From NCBI RefSeq assembly GCF_009914755.1, contig NC_060934.1: a stretch of DNA of 64,000 nucleotides, one strand, 5' to 3'. A program made the position numbers and the translations under genes. Of this stretch, positions 48,389 to 64,000 are shown piece by piece. The first letter of the stretch is position 1, and every line of letters begins with the position of its first letter. Below the pieces are notes generated by a model that had not been told where the DNA came from, ran no database searches, and saw nothing but the letters and a program-made list of their open reading frames with translations. This DNA comes from the human T2T-CHM13v2.0 reference genome, Homo sapiens.

Positions 48389-49639
48389 GTGTCATTATGA
48401 ATTTTTAAACTGTTATTTAGCAATGCCTCACTCATATCCCTTGGACCTTTTAGGATGCTCAACATTCAGCTACCAATACCTGCCTGTCTGTAACTGAGGC
48501 CCTCCTTTCCTTCCTTCCTTCCTTCCCTCCCCTCCTCTCCTCCCCTCCCCTGTCCTCTTCTCCCCTCCCCTCTCCTCCCCTCCCCTCCCCTCCCCTTCCC
48601 TCCCTCCTCTACCTGTGGGAAGTCCTACAGGCCACAGCAGGTATGGTAGACCTGAAGTACCTGGGAATGAACACTCATGCCCATCTAGATCCAGGACTGT
48701 AGGAGCTGAAGTATAAATACCCCAGCTCCCTTGCCCTATGAGCAGGAAAATATCAAAGTGTTTCCCCATTACTTAATTACTCTAAACAAACCTCAGTTTT
48801 CCTCTATGAAATGGGGATCAAAGTAGAATTTGCACTAGAGAGTCATACGTGGATGTATTAGTTTCCCATTGCTGCTGTAACAAGTTACAGGTTACTACAA
48901 ACAGTAGCTTGCAGCAAAGAAGATTTATTATTTTACACCTCTCATTACCTATGTTGGGCACTGGTTTGAAAACACAGAAAGACATGCAGGTGCTATGACG
49001 GTCCATGATGGGTCAGTTGGATCAGGGAAGCAATATCTAAACTGAGAGCTGGTAGATGAAGTGGGGTCTAGCCTGGCAAGGAGGGAGCAGGGGGTATGTG
49101 TGTATGGGGGATCCTAGGTATGAGCACCAACAAGGTAGCTGGGAAGTCTGGCCCACTGACAACACACAGACACTGTGCCTGGTGAGGGGTACTGAAGCCT
49201 CCTTTGCTTTCAGGAAGCTGGGGGTTAATTGTGGTCAGCCTCCAAAAGGAATAATTTCTGGAATGTGTCTTGATCTTTTTATTTTCATATTATCTTCTGA
49301 TTTTCTCATCTTGCCCTAACAACTACACTGTGGGGTTGGGAGGGGGAATAGTCTACATAGAGTGTGTGGCAGAGAGGTTGAAGGTTCAGGAAGCTACTGG
49401 CCCCTTGGCTCCCTGGTGTTTCTTCCTCTGTGATATTGCTGATGGTTCCCAAGAAGAGAAAACCTGTCATCCACCAAACCAGGGAAACCTGTTGTCTGTG
49501 CAAAACATTCGAAGCACTCAGAACTATGCAAGAGTCAAGATCACCTGGAATCCTACCACCTAGCAACACTCATTACTAAGGCTTGGTGTGCATCCTTCTT
49601 TACTTGTTATACATAGACACAGACTTGCACACATACAGT

Positions 49640-50915
49640 ACTATGGTTTGGATATTTGACCCAGGTAAATCTCATGTTGAAGTTTGATCCCCATTGTTGA
49701 AGGTAGGGCTTAATAGGAGGTGTTTGGATTCCTCATGAATAGATTGATGCCCTGGAGGGAGGAAAGTGAGTTACTTCTCTATTAGTTCCTTTGAGAGCTT
49801 CCTTGGAGCTGATTAATAAAAAGAGTTTGGCACCTTCACTTTCTCTCTCTTCCCACCTCTCTCTCTCGCCTCTTCTCTTCCCATGGGATCATCTCCTGAC
49901 CTTTGGCAATCCACCCACCTCTGCCTCCCAAAGTGCTGGGATTACAGGCATGAGCCAGCCACTACGTCTGGCCTCTTTTTTAAAAAAAAAATTAAATAGA
50001 GATGAGATCTCACTATGTTGCCCAGCCTGGTCTCAAACTCCTGAGCTCAAGTGATTTTCCTGCCTTGGCCTCCCAAAGTGCTAGGATTACAGGCATGAGC
50101 TGCCACACCCAGCCAAATTCCACACATTCTTTGATCATGAATAACTTATAATATTAGCCAATGCTTTCTGAGTGCTGTTGTTTGCCAAGCTCTGAGTTTG
50201 GTGCTTCTTATTTTGGTGCATTAACTCATTTAGTTCCCTGTGGTAGGTAGAAAAATGCCCTCCAAAATGTGTCCACATCCTAATGCCCCCAAACTATGAA
50301 TATGCTACCTTACATAGGAAAAGGTACTTTGCATTTGTGATTAGGAATCTTGAGAAAGGAAGATTCTCCTGGATCATTTGTTCAGGCCCAATGTTATCAC
50401 AAGGATTCCTGAAAGATGGACAAAGGAGGGAGAGAGATTGAAAGATGCCTGTGATGCTGGCTTTAAGACAGAGGAAAGTCTGGAGAAAGCAGACACTGAT
50501 GGATGGTGGAAGAGACAAGGAGACAGAATCTCCCTTTGAGCTTCCAGGAAGAACACAGCCTCTGGCACCATGATTTCAACCCAGTAAGACTGACTTTGGA
50601 CTTTTTCTTCTTCTTCTTCTTCTTTTTTTTCTTTTGAGACAGTATTTTATTCTATCACACAGGCTGCAGTGCAGTGTTGTGATCTCAGCTTCCTGCAAAC
50701 TCCACCTCCTGGGCTCAAGTGATCCTCCAGCCTCAGCCTCCTAAGTAGCTTGGACTACAGGTACATACCACCATGCCTGTCTAATTTTTGTATTTTTTGT
50801 AGAGACAGGGTTTGCCATGTGGCCCAGGCTGGTCTCAAACTCCTGAGCTCAAGCGATCTGCCTGCCCTGGCCTCCCAAAGAGCTGAGATTACAGGCGTGA
50901 GCCCCCAAGCCTAGC
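49640..50915. mobile_element. Cluster: partial MST LTR, Alu fragments, MLT1 LTR (about 50239-50600), AluJ (about 50605-50915)
   Basis: CTATGGTTTGGATATTTGACCC; TGTGGTAGGTAGAAAAATGCCC...; Alu consensus. Confidence 0.75.
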
Positions 50916-51232
50916 CTAAAATCCTTGTGTTATTAAAAGAAAACATAAGTAAGTATTTCTCTAATCTTGGAGTGGAGACTGTCTTTTTAATCATAATGCC
51001 AAGACAGAAATCATAAAGGAAGAGATGGATACATTTTTTTCTGTGAAATATTAAGACCTTTAAAAAAAACTTTGTGTAGACAAACATATTTGTATAGACA
51101 GAGTGAGACGCTATCTCCAAAAAAAAAAAACACACACACATACACAAAAAACAAAAAAACCAGTAATGATTTAAAAAATATCTTTAGCTCCTGTGGAATT
51201 TACTTGAGTGTAGAGTAATAGCTAGGGGTATA

Positions 51233-51821
51233 TGTTGGGGTGATCAAACCCAACACCAGGTTGTGGGGGTGACAAAGTCCGGCAGAGTCAAAGGAATGAG
51301 AAAAGACAATTTGAGAGAGAAAGTGGGTCCAGGGGGCCATTGCGAGTGTGGAGGCTGGGAAGGCCCTGAGCTCTGGAAGCCCAGATTATTTATTGGTGAT
51401 CAAACAAAGAAACAGGTGGTGAGAATGTGGGGGTCAAAAGGGCACATTGCATTAGGCACATGTTTTACAGCTGTGACAGTTTAGCATATGCTCTGCTACT
51501 TGAGATAATGGGGAGCAGGTTCTTTTAACTCAAGATACAATCGATCCTGGGAGAGCAAGGAGCAAGAAGCCAGCAAGTCTAGACATATACAGAGCCACGA
51601 GCCCTGGATTCTATCCAAGCCATGAGGGGTTTTATGCCCTAGGCTTAGATTATGGTGTGTCAGGGTAGCCTTCCACCCTTTGGCACAGAGCCTGGTGTTC
51701 CAAAGGCCATGAGGGGTTTTAGACCCTGGACCCTGGACATGTTCCAAGACTCTTTTACATTATGTCAGACATGCAAGGCCTGCCTCAGCTTCTCTCCCAA
51801 CACTCAGCTTTTCTCCCAACA
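51233..51821 (-). mobile_element. ERVK solo LTR (LTR14C-like)
   Basis: 589 bp TG...CA. Minus strand starts TGTTGGGAGAAAAGCTGAGTGTTGGGAGAGAAGCTGAGG. 6-bp TSD GGTATA/GGTCTA. Confidence 0.75.
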
Positions 51822-54800
51822 GGTCTAAATGTTTTCCCTTTTTCTTTTCTGAATTTGCATAAGTTCTTGGATCCATGTCTGCCTTCTCTGCACTATGCCA
51901 GCACATGTGGCCTGGGTCACTGTCACTTGATGGCATCCTCTAATATACAGTATGGCTGGAGCTAAGGTTGGGGTGACTTCATAGGCTATTCCTATTATTT
52001 CTAATTTTATACTTTCTGTTTCTAAATAGCTTACATTCATGTCTCTTTGTATTGTGCTTTCTTGTTTCATTTTATTATATATATATTTTTTCCTAATTTT
52101 TCTCTTCCTGTTTCCATTTTTGCCATAATGACAAAATTTCCTTTGTTAATTTTAAAAATAATTCTTTTGGTAATTTAGAGGCTGCACAGATTCATTTTCT
52201 AGGCAGCTCGTGGCTGCTGTCACTCACTGTATTTTTAAAAAATTAAAATAAATTCATTGGTTTGATTATTTGATGATTAGGAAATTAACAAGATTATCAA
52301 AATTATCTGATAATATCTGAAAATGTGAAGAAGAAGGGAAAATTACCCATCATATTATCACCCAGAAATACCCACTGGTAATAGCTCATGGTGTAATTTA
52401 CAGTGTGGCTGAATGCCTCTTAGATAACTCTTTTATGCTGTTGGGTTGTATTTTTTTGTCTGGTTAGTGAATTGTCCTTTCCACATAAATAAATAAACTA
52501 TATTTTCATCCTTAATGACAACAGAATTGTCTACCATATTTATTTACTATGCTATTGCTAAATATTTAGCTTTTTTACTGTTTACTTTTATAAACAATAC
52601 TGCAATGAACATCCTGATTCAAGTGTGTCTTTACTGTGTGTTTCCAGTTGTTTGTTCAAAGGCGTTGGCATGGGTAAGGCTTGTGTCTTATGTTGCCAAA
52701 TTACCATCTCAAGAGGCTGTGCCATTTTGTATTGCCACCAGCAATATAGAAGCATCTCCTCCCTTTTCCTATACCCTAATCCATACTGGGCTTTGTCAGT
52801 CTTTTTAATCTTTGTCAATTTTGTAGGTAAATGGTGTCCTATTATTTTAATTTATCTTTAATTGATTATTAGGAAGGTTGAACATATTTTGGTTCACATC
52901 AGCACTTGTATTTCTTTTACATTTGAATCTGTATTTTTCAATCAGATAAACAATGAAATGAAGTCAGTTAATCTCCCTTCTGACTGGGATGAGGATAACA
53001 CTGCACTTTTACATTCAATATCCTACTGTGGCTGGTGTGAAGGGTGGGACTAGGTGATGAGCTGGTTCCTCAGCTCCTTGGGGGTTCACTGAGCTCTCTA
53101 ACTGATTGCTTGAGCCTTCTTCCAGATGGTGACTTGACCCTAGATGGTCTTCTTGGTTCTAACTTGGCACTTCCTACAGATGCTGTTTTTGGTAACATTT
53201 GCTTAGCTCCACCCAGATGCCTGCAAATGGCTCCATGTGACTTACTTGGCCAAAATCCATAGGACCCCATATTCTAGCAAGGACTGCCCAGAGAAAAGTT
53301 CCAATTACTGAAAGAAGAGAAGATTGGGCAGCAAAGCCTTGTCTGAGATCATGTGACTCGCTCAGCAAACCCACAGCTAGGATCCAGGTTTCATCTTCTT
53401 TCTTCTGTGTTACAGTACCATACCTTGGGATTATTCACTTGCATTGCCTAATCCGTATTGCTGAGATGATGGCTCAGAGCCTGTGTTCTGAGCTGCATCC
53501 TACATTTCACTCATCTATGCACTCACTCATTCCACAGATATTTATTGCATACCTATTATGTGCCAGGCAGCATTCAAGCACTGAACTTGATCCAGACTTC
53601 TTACTTTCTGATCCTTTTCAAGATATTTCCTCTTTGGACCCCAGTTTCTCCGTCTGTGGCACGGGAATAAATTTGAGAGGACCATCTGTACCTCATGAAG
53701 TTTTGTGAAAGTCCAGTGGAATGATACAGGTGAAGTGCTCGGTACAGTGCCGGCACATGTGAGATGAAAGCTGGCTTTTGTTATTTGAAAAGAATTATTT
53801 TGGCTTCTGTGTGGAAGATCATGATTACCCTGCAATTTTCCCTTACAGGCTATGGCCTTTGCCTGCCTTCTGCAGAAACTAAACCCCTTTGAGTGGAATA
53901 GAAGGTAAAAATGCCTCCTAATGAAGAGGGTCACATCCGGTGCTCTCCAACTCTATCGTTCTTCCATTTTACGATCTCTAGTTTCTGGTCTTGATTGGTG
54001 CTATAGGGGCTTCTAACATTCAAGTTCTGGTTTATGGGACTCAGTGAGCTTCTTTTGGATAAATATGGACTATAGCTTGTTGTTTTCTTTTATGATGCAC
54101 ACACAAAAAATGTCAGAGGAGCTGAGCAGCTGAGTTTGACTTCTAAAGAAGTTATAGGACTGTCTCTCTCCTTCTGTTATTCTCAGGCTCAATTCTTACC
54201 CTTGCCCCGTGTGCCCACCCACCTGGAAATCAAAAGATGAGCTCCCCACCATTCTGGGAGATCTGCCCTGATTGAAGACCTGCAGAAAAGCCGAGGCGTC
54301 TAGGGTTTTGGAATAAAATTTCTTCTGCCTACAACAGATCCGCATCTAATCAAAACCCTTAATTAAAAAAAAAAATCTCAGGTACTTAATTTGATTTGCT
54401 TATTTGCATAATATTGGAAGACAAAAGAAACCTGCCCCACAGCCTGCGTTTCTGCTGCAGGCCAAGGGACGGCCCCCTGTGACCCGCCCCCATAACCAGG
54501 CTGGCCTTGGGGGAGAGACCGCCGGTTCACTCCTCTCAATGCAGTTCCGCTGCTTTGTGGGGGGAGGGGCGGGGCGGGTGGTGGAGTGGATGTTCCATGT
54601 GTGGGAAGATTCTGGAAATGGCTTTATAGAAAAAACCTTTGTTCCACATTTCAACTGCTGGCTTAAAATGCCCGATTCTCTGAAAGTGGACTCCTTTTGC
54701 CTCTGTTGTGTCTGTGGCACCAAGGGAATTCGGTGTTAGATGCTTTAGGGACAACCTTTGTAGAGGAGAAGGCACTCAGGAGCCAAGGGGGGTGGTCACT

Positions 54801-56130
54801 GGAAGCAAACGCCTTCTAACTCTTTTGCCAGCCTTGGTTGACATTTGATTGTCATGTTTAGTCCGTTTAGCTACCCTCACTGGGGGCACCTTGTAAAAGT
54901 CTAAGGACAAAAGTTCACGTCAAATGTGTCCTAAGGACCAATTAGCAAAACTGAAAGGGCTGAAAACTCCTACTTGAACATGATTGACACTGAAAGTACC
55001 TAAGCTAAGTTGCAGCAGGGGACCTACCCCACCAGAGCCCACTGGTTTTAGGTCAGCACAGTCGGGCGATGTGCTTTCTGGCCAGCAGGGAGAGCCCCAG
55101 AGTCCTGGAGAGCTAGACAAGCAGCCTTGTCTTACAGCGAAAAGGGTGCTCAAGAAACCTTATCTCCTGAAAAGGCAGCTTTTGGAACCTGAATGGCTAT
55201 TCACATCACACATTAAATGCTATTCAGAAAATAAGGTAAAATCAGGCCATCAGAACTTTGAACAAATGTTTGTGTCCGTTTTATTACTGAAAAATTGCAT
55301 CAGATGAGAGTATTTTTTCCCTCAAATGGCCTAAGTGATAGCTTAGAAGAGCTTCATTTCACGTCTTTTAATTTTGAATTATTCTCTTATCTGTAATAAA
55401 GCACCAATCAAGCACAGAATTAGTATTCTGGAAGAAAGGGCTTAATGAGCTAAAACATTTCTATCTGGGGTAGGGAGAGCATCTTATCTTGCTTAAGTGT
55501 TTCAGAAGGAATTTGTAGGGAAAGAGGCAGAATATTTGGTACGACTAAATGGAAAAAAATATGTTGGTGTCTTCTCTTTTCCCATATGTGCCATATACCA
55601 GTTCACACGGCAACACCTCACTGTACGGTAAGTTCGACATAAAGCACTTAGTACAAAACTTGGGCTCTTCCTTTCAGTTCTGCTAGATTCTTTTATTAAT
55701 GAGAGTGAGGCAAAAACACAGCCTCCTTTCTCCAGTTACATTTCTGGCATCAGATGCTCCGTCATACATCATCATCTGCAGCAAGTGACTTTGGAAATAG
55801 CTGACTATTAGCAACTTAATTGCCCTTGAATATACAATGCACACTTGTGCAGACGATTCGTGAAGACGACTGCCAACAGACAGTGAAATTAGAAAAAATG
55901 GCCTCTTGGGTTACGACCGTATCGAAGTTTTAAAGAAGGAGTAAAAGAAGATGTGGCTATAAATGGAAGTTTTAGCAGAGTTTAATAAGTGTCTGCCACT
56001 CCATTTTAGGCACCGACTAGGATTTTTGCTATGGGTTAAAGGCCAGTTGATGTCTAATGTATGAATAAACAGGTAATGAGTATCATCCAAACATCTATTA
56101 GTTCACTGACCTTTTGGATTATAGATGTAA

Positions 56131-57168
<1,038 letters not shown>

Positions 57169-57389
57169 TGATGTTGTATCCAGGTTTTTAAATACTATTG
57201 GTCTTGGATTGTTATGGATGCTAACATAAGAAAATATTTTGAATTCTGATACACATCAAAGAGCACAGAAAATAATAGTGAAAAGGAAGTTTGTTGAGGA
57301 GGGAAGCAATTGAGCTGGAGACGGTTCCAACAGTTGAGTCTATCATTCATTTTGTAGAAAGCAGTTCTCGTTATACTTCAATTAAAATG

Positions 57390-60300
57390 CTTTCCAAATG
57401 AACATACAATAAAATTGACTTTGTGTGTGTGTGTTTAGTTCTACGAGTTTGAAAACATGTATAGGTTCATGTAACCACCCCCACAATCAGGATTCAAAGT
57501 AAACTCATTACTCAAAAACCTGTTTCCTGCCATCTGCCCTTCCTTTGTGGTCAAACCCTCCTCGCCTCTTTACCCCGTGATGCTCCTTGTCACTACAGCT
57601 TTATGTTTTGGAGAATGACAAGTAAATTGAACGAAGCAGTGTGTAACATCTTTAAGACCGGCTTCACTCAGCACAGTGTCTCTGAGATTCATCTTAGATG
57701 CTGCGTACGTACACCAGTCAGTTCTTCCTTTTTATTTCTGGCTAGTCATTCGTTGTCAAGGTATGTTCAGTTTGTCATCCATTCATTAGTTGAAGGACTT
57801 TTGGGTTGTTTGCAGTTTTTGGTGTTTATAAATATAGCTGTTATAAACATTCATATACTGATTTTTGTGTGAACACACATTTATATTTCTCTAAGGCAAG
57901 TACCTAGGGGTGGAATGGCTGGATTGTATGTGTAGCTTAAGTGTATGTGTAAGTCTGTAAGAGACTTCCAAACTGGTTTCCATTGTGGCTGTACTATTTT
58001 GCATTCCCAGCAACAAGAAACAAGAGTTCCAGTTGCTCTGCATGCTGGTCAGTACTCAGTTCTATCAGTAGCTTTTTATCTCAGCCATTCTAATAGACGT
58101 GTAATGCTATCTCTTCAGGTTTTCATTTGCCTTTCCCTGATGGCTAACGGTGTGGAACGTCTTTTCACATGCTTATTGACCATTCACATTTGCTCTTTAG
58201 TAAAGTATCCATTAAAGCTCCTGCCCATTTTTTAATCAAGCTATTTTCTGACTGTTGTGGCTTCTTTATACATTCTCGATCCAAGTCCTTGTTGGATATG
58301 TGACTTGTAAATACTTTCTCCCAGTCTGTAATTTGTGTTTCCATTCTCTTAAAAGTGTCTTTCACAGATCAATAGTTTTAAATTTTGATGAAGTCCAATC
58401 TTTCAATGTTTTAAAAAATTTATGGATTGAGCTCTGGGTACTATGTCTAAGAGCTCTTTGCCTAACCCTGGGTTATCAAGATTTTCTCCTATGTTTTATC
58501 CTAAACGTCTCATAGCTATATGTTTTACATTTAGCTCTATGTTCTATTTTGAGTTATTGTTTGGATAAGATGTGATGTTTCAGAAAATGTTCATTTTATT
58601 TTTTTGGGCTTTGGCTGTCCAATATAATTTGTTTCTACACCATTTGTTGAAAAACCCATCCTTCTGCCATTGAATTGCTGTTGCACTTTTGTCAAAAATC
58701 AATTAGTCATATTTATGTGGGTCTGTTTTTGGACTTGATATTGTTCTGTGGATCTCTTTACCAATACCATACTATATTGATTACTATCATTGTATAATAC
58801 ATCTTAAAGTTGAGTAGTGTGTTTCCTTTGATTTTATCCATTTTCAACACGGTTTTTCTACTCTAATTTCTTTGTCTTTCCACAGATATTTTAGAATTTG
58901 TTTTTATATATCTTTAAAAATTCTGCTAAAATATTGATTGAAATTGTATTAAATTTAGAGATGATTTTGGGGAGAACTGACATCTTTACTATGCTGACTC
59001 TCCCAATTCGTGAACATATTAAGTCTCTCCACTTATCTATGTCTTTCATTTCTTTCATGAGCATTTTCTATTTTTCAGATTCTGTACAGGTTCATGTACA
59101 GATTCTGTATGTGTTTTGTTAGATATATTCCTAAATATTTCATTTTGTGGGAAGCTATTCTAAATGTTTATTTTTAAATTTTGATTTTAAATTGCACATG
59201 GCTACTATGTGGAAATACAACTGGTGTGTGTATGTGTGTAATCCTTAGGATTTTCTAGTAGACATTCATGTTGCCTGTGAATAGGTACATTTTTATTTCT
59301 TCCATCCTAATATGTATCCCTATTGCGTTAGTCTTCTTGGTCTACTATACAAAATACCACAGAATGGGTGGCTTAAACAACAGAAATTAATTTTCTCATG
59401 GTTCTAAGGGCTGGGAAGTTCAAGATCAAGGACATATTGCTGGATTTGATTTGATAATATTTTGTTGAGGATTTTTACATTGCTAGTCATGAGGAATATG
59501 AGTTTGTAGGGTTTTTTTTTGCTTGTATTGTCTTTGTCTGGTTTAGTTATCAGGATAATAATGGCCTCATCAAAATATATTGAGATGTGTTCCCTCTTCT
59601 ATTTTCTGAAAGAGATCATGTGGAATTGGTGTTATTTCTTTTTTAAAATGTTTGGTAGAAGCCATCAGTGAAATTATCTGGGAATGGAGGTTTCTTTTGT
59701 GTAAAGTTTTAAACTATAAATTTAATTTTTTTTAATGTTATAGGACTATTCAGGCTATCTAGTTCATCTTGGGTGAATTTTGGCAATTGGTTTTCAAGAA
59801 TTCATTTATTTCATCTAAGTTGTTGAATTTATGTGAGTAGAATCATTCTTGGTATTCCTTTATTAACCTTTTAATGTCTGGCAGGGCTGCCTATCACTAT
59901 ATGTTCTTTTTCATTCCTCATATTGATAATTTGAGTCTTTTCTCTTGTCAGTCTTGCTTGAAGATTATAAATTGTATTGATATTTTAAAAGAAACAACTT
60001 TTTGCTTCATTGACTTTTCCCTATTATTTTTCTGTTTTCAGTTTCACTCGTTTCTATTCTTACATATATTATTTCCATCCTTATGCTTTCTTTAGTTTTA
60101 TTTAGCTCTTCTTTTTTTTTCTCATTTCCTAAAGTGGAAACTGAGACTATTGCTCTGAGACGTTTCAAATTTTCTAATATAAGCTGAAATGATCTGGCTT
60201 TGTGTCCTCACCCAAATCTCTTCTCAAATTGTAATCCCCTTGTGTCAAGGGAGGGACCTAGTGGGAGGTGACTGGATCATGGGGGCACTTTCCCTCATGC

Positions 60301-60600
60301 TGTTACCTTGATAATGAATGAGTTCTCACGAGATCTGATGGTTTTATAAGTGTTTGGCAGTTCCTCATTTCTCCTTCACTATCTCTCTCTCACCTGCTGC
60401 CATGTAAGATGTGCCTTGCTTCCCCCTTGCCTTCCACCATGATTGTAAGTTTCCCAAGGCCTCCCCAGCCATGCAGAACTGTGAGTCAATTAAACCTCTT
60501 TCTTTCATAAATTACCTAGTCTCAGGTAGTATCTTTATAGCAGAGAACAGACTAATACATACGCATTTAATGCTATGAATTTCCCTCTGAGCCACTACTT
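57390..60600 (-). mobile_element. Old L1M fragment with nested MaLR pieces, including a THE1/MST-type LTR at about 60190-60558
   Basis: Antisense ORF2 remnants (QITDWEKVF). TGATCTGGCTTTGTGTCCTCACCCAAATCTC...GACTAATACA. Confidence 0.85.
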
Positions 60601-61309
60601 CAGTTTTATGAAAAGAGGGTGAGTGGTAAGAAGTCCAGCCATTTTCAACAAACCACATTCCAGGCAATTTTCTTCACCAATTAAAATTTAAAACCTCCTG
60701 TTGCATGCTTGTGTGCTTAGGGGATGAAGGAGGGCTAAGTTTGTCAGATGTTCTGTACCAGCTATTTCTATTTCTATGGCACAATTGCGACCTTGAGTCT
60801 TGAAGAAAAAGTTAAATTTTATAGACTGTTTGTTACGTCATGGGATAAATACATAATACAGTTTTGAAAGATTTCCATACCATAAAGCATCACCAACTTT
60901 ACTAACTGCCTTTATTTTTTCAGAACCCCTCATTGCTAGGTGATCATGTGTTACTGTGTTTCAGTTGGAAAACATTTCAGACCCATTAGAGCTCCCAGGG
61001 GAACTCAATGCTTATGAGAATTTCTCTGAAACAAATAAAAACTATACATAAAATTCTATTTCTACAGTGCTTTTAAGAAGAGCTGGAGCAGCAATTAGTC
61101 GTTAGGGCTCTTCCCTTACAGTCTTCCAAATGATTTGCATTATGGGGGCCTCCTTGGACTAGGAGAGACTTCTCTGGAGCATCACACAGATCCTTGTGAG
61201 CTGCGTTCACCCTCAGTACTCCAGGCACTGGATTCATTCATTCTCTGGAGATTTGGGGATGCTGAACAACACCTTTCCCCCTCTCCTAATTGTTTTGGGA
61301 TTGGTGAAT

Positions 61310-61720
61310 TTTTTTTATCATGGCAAAATATACATAATATAAAAATTTATCATTTTAACCATTTTAGGTGTACAGTTCCGTGTCATTAAGTACATTCACA
61401 TTATTGTGCAACCATCACCACCATTTTCCCTTTCCTAAGCAGAAACTCTGCACCTATTAAACACTACCTACCCATTTATCTCTCCCCAGACCCTGGAAAC
61501 CACCATTCTCCTTTCTGTTTCTGTCAATCTTAATATTCTAGGCACCTCTAGATGCGTTGGCTTATTTCACTTAGCATAATGTTTTCAAGGTTAGTCCATG
61601 TTTTATCATGTATCAGAATCTCCACCTTTTTATGACTGAAGAAGATTCCATCAGATGTATATACCACATTTGGTTTATCTGTTCTCCATCATGAACACTT
61701 GGGTTGTTTCCCTTCTAGAT
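61310..61720 (-). mobile_element. L1MB-like 3' fragment
   Basis: CATTAAGTACATTCACATTATTGTGCAACCATCACCACC motif. Confidence 0.8.
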
Positions 61721-63294
61721 CATTTGATAGCAAAACATTCTGAGTTTCCTTTCGGCATATAGGCATGTACCAGAAAGTGCTCCTGCAGCCTTTAAGCTAT
61801 TAGAAGATCATGGATCTGACTTATTAGAACACTAAGCACATTTGCACACCTCATTATATCTATGGTACAGAGCTGTAATCTGTATGGGAGAGGGCAGGGG
61901 CCATACTGGAACCTCCTGGGGAACTCCTTCAAATGTTACTTCCTCCTCATTCTTCCAAGTTGCTTTTCTATTGGGAGTGGGTCAGAAGTCTTACTTGTGT
62001 TGGGTGAAATGTTTTATGAAAACAGCTGCTGTAGACTCAGGGACATTTCTGCAATCGGTTCCTTTCATGAACACTGGGAGTTATGGTAAAAGAGTATTTG
62101 TCTTGGCTGGAAACATCCAAGCTTACTTATTCTTCATGATTCCATATCCACTCTCTGGAGGTTCATTAACTTTTGCAATACTTTATTTTTAGTGCATTCT
62201 ATACACTTCTCATGTGGTTCTGTTTGGATCTCTGTTTGGATCTCTGTGTGTTACTTTGAATCATTGTTGGGCATTACAGGAAAAGGGTCAGAAATCTCTC
62301 AACTCAGTGCAGGGGCAGGAAAACCAGGAGGATCTTGACAGCTACGTATGAGGGTGGCAGGCATTTAGACTCCAGGGAACAGAATTAGCACATGTATAGG
62401 GATAGGGGGTTGGGAGTATACAACTCTTTGGGGTTGCTGAAAAGAGGATGAGGTAAAGGAGGAAAGAAAAAAATTCTATCTTCCAGAATTTATTATTTTC
62501 TGGCTTAAATGTCCATTCCCATCAACTTAAACTCAGCTATAGGGAGAAGTCCTCCCTAACTGCCCCAAGCAAAATTTATCCAACACTTTATCGTACCTCT
62601 GGGATGTTCTCTACCACTTTACAGGGGAGTTAATCTTTCCCCTTCTTTTGAACTGAGATGGGGTAGTCCTGCCTTTCCTGAAAAGTCTGTATGGTCCCCA
62701 GGTCCTTTCTTCCTGGCTTCTTTAGAGGCTAAAGAAGGGTCCAGTACCATAGCAGTTTGAAAAGGTACACTTCTTAACTACCAATGAATGAAAACACTGG
62801 AAAAGAATTTGAGAGATGAAGCCATTAAAATTGCTTCTGCAGATGAATATTTAGTGAAATAAATAGTATTTTCTGGAGAAACAGGCTCTACCATATGATG
62901 TAGAATATTTTATTTTTGTAATCACCCATTTATTTCTATATTTATGTACAGAAAGTGTTGGAAAGAATTTTACCAAAATGTTAATAGTTGTTATCTCTGA
63001 GGGAAGTTCTGGATGATTTTTTAAACAATTAGAAAAATTTGTTTCTAAACTATCTGTTTTGTTTTGTTTTTATGCCACAGATGGACCTTGTTTCATAAAG
63101 CAGGCACTGTGTCTTTTTATGAGCAGAGGCCTGGCCCTCAGTTTGTATGTGTTGAATGAATATATGACTGACTAATAGAGTAATGGCAAAAACAACTAGC
63201 TAGGGTTTAAAATCTATGAGAGGGTTTATAATTCATAAGTCAATGTGAAAGGCCTTTACAGCTTGTAAATGTACAAAAGCAAATGTGAGTGTGT

Positions 63295-63706
<412 letters not shown>

Positions 63707-64000
63707 TGAGCCCCTTTCAAATGCTTCCTAGCAACCATCCCTTCTGGAAGTCCGAGGTGGGTAACTTGAGCTCATGTTTAAGTCAGATTTATTTTACTTT
63801 AAGTTGTCCCCTTTTAGGGCTAATTTAGCAACACGCATGCCCTTTCTCAAGATTCTTATCAGATGGTGGTGAACTTTTAACGAATATAATGAAAAACATT
63901 TCCCCATCCTAGAACACGGGGGAAGGCAAAATGCAGCTTGACCCCGTCAACTTCTTTCATCTGGTCTCTGTAATCAGTTTTATGAAAAGCACATGGCTGC

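Overview
Human (primate) genomic DNA. Bases 1-3100 hold the 5' end of MKI67 (Ki-67) on the minus strand: part of intron 2, coding exon 2 (MWPTRRLVTIKRSGVDGPHFPLSLSTCLFG), exon 1 and a CpG-island promoter with CDE/CHR and CCAAT elements. MKI67 is known to lie at chr10q26.2. Directly upstream (about 4.9-19 kb, minus strand, same orientation) is a heavily diverged, intron-containing tandem paralog of MKI67. It has homologs of exons 3, 4, 5, 12, 13 and 14, probably exons 2 and 15, and about 1.9 kb of intron 2. Its exon-13 homolog is only 395 nt with a single Ki-67 repeat, yet it keeps splice phase and reading frame across several internal deletions. This suggests a once-functional 'mini-Ki-67' that is now disabled by stop codons. 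A second CpG island with a GC-rich minisatellite and a CTCF motif at about 26-27.4 kb may be its duplicated promoter. The rest is repeat-rich intergenic DNA (Alu including young Ya5, Yb8 and Yh-like copies, L1, MaLR/ERV LTRs, DNA transposons). Comparisons to MKI67 exons outside the window and to repeat consensuses are from memory and were made by eye. Repeat boundaries are approximate.
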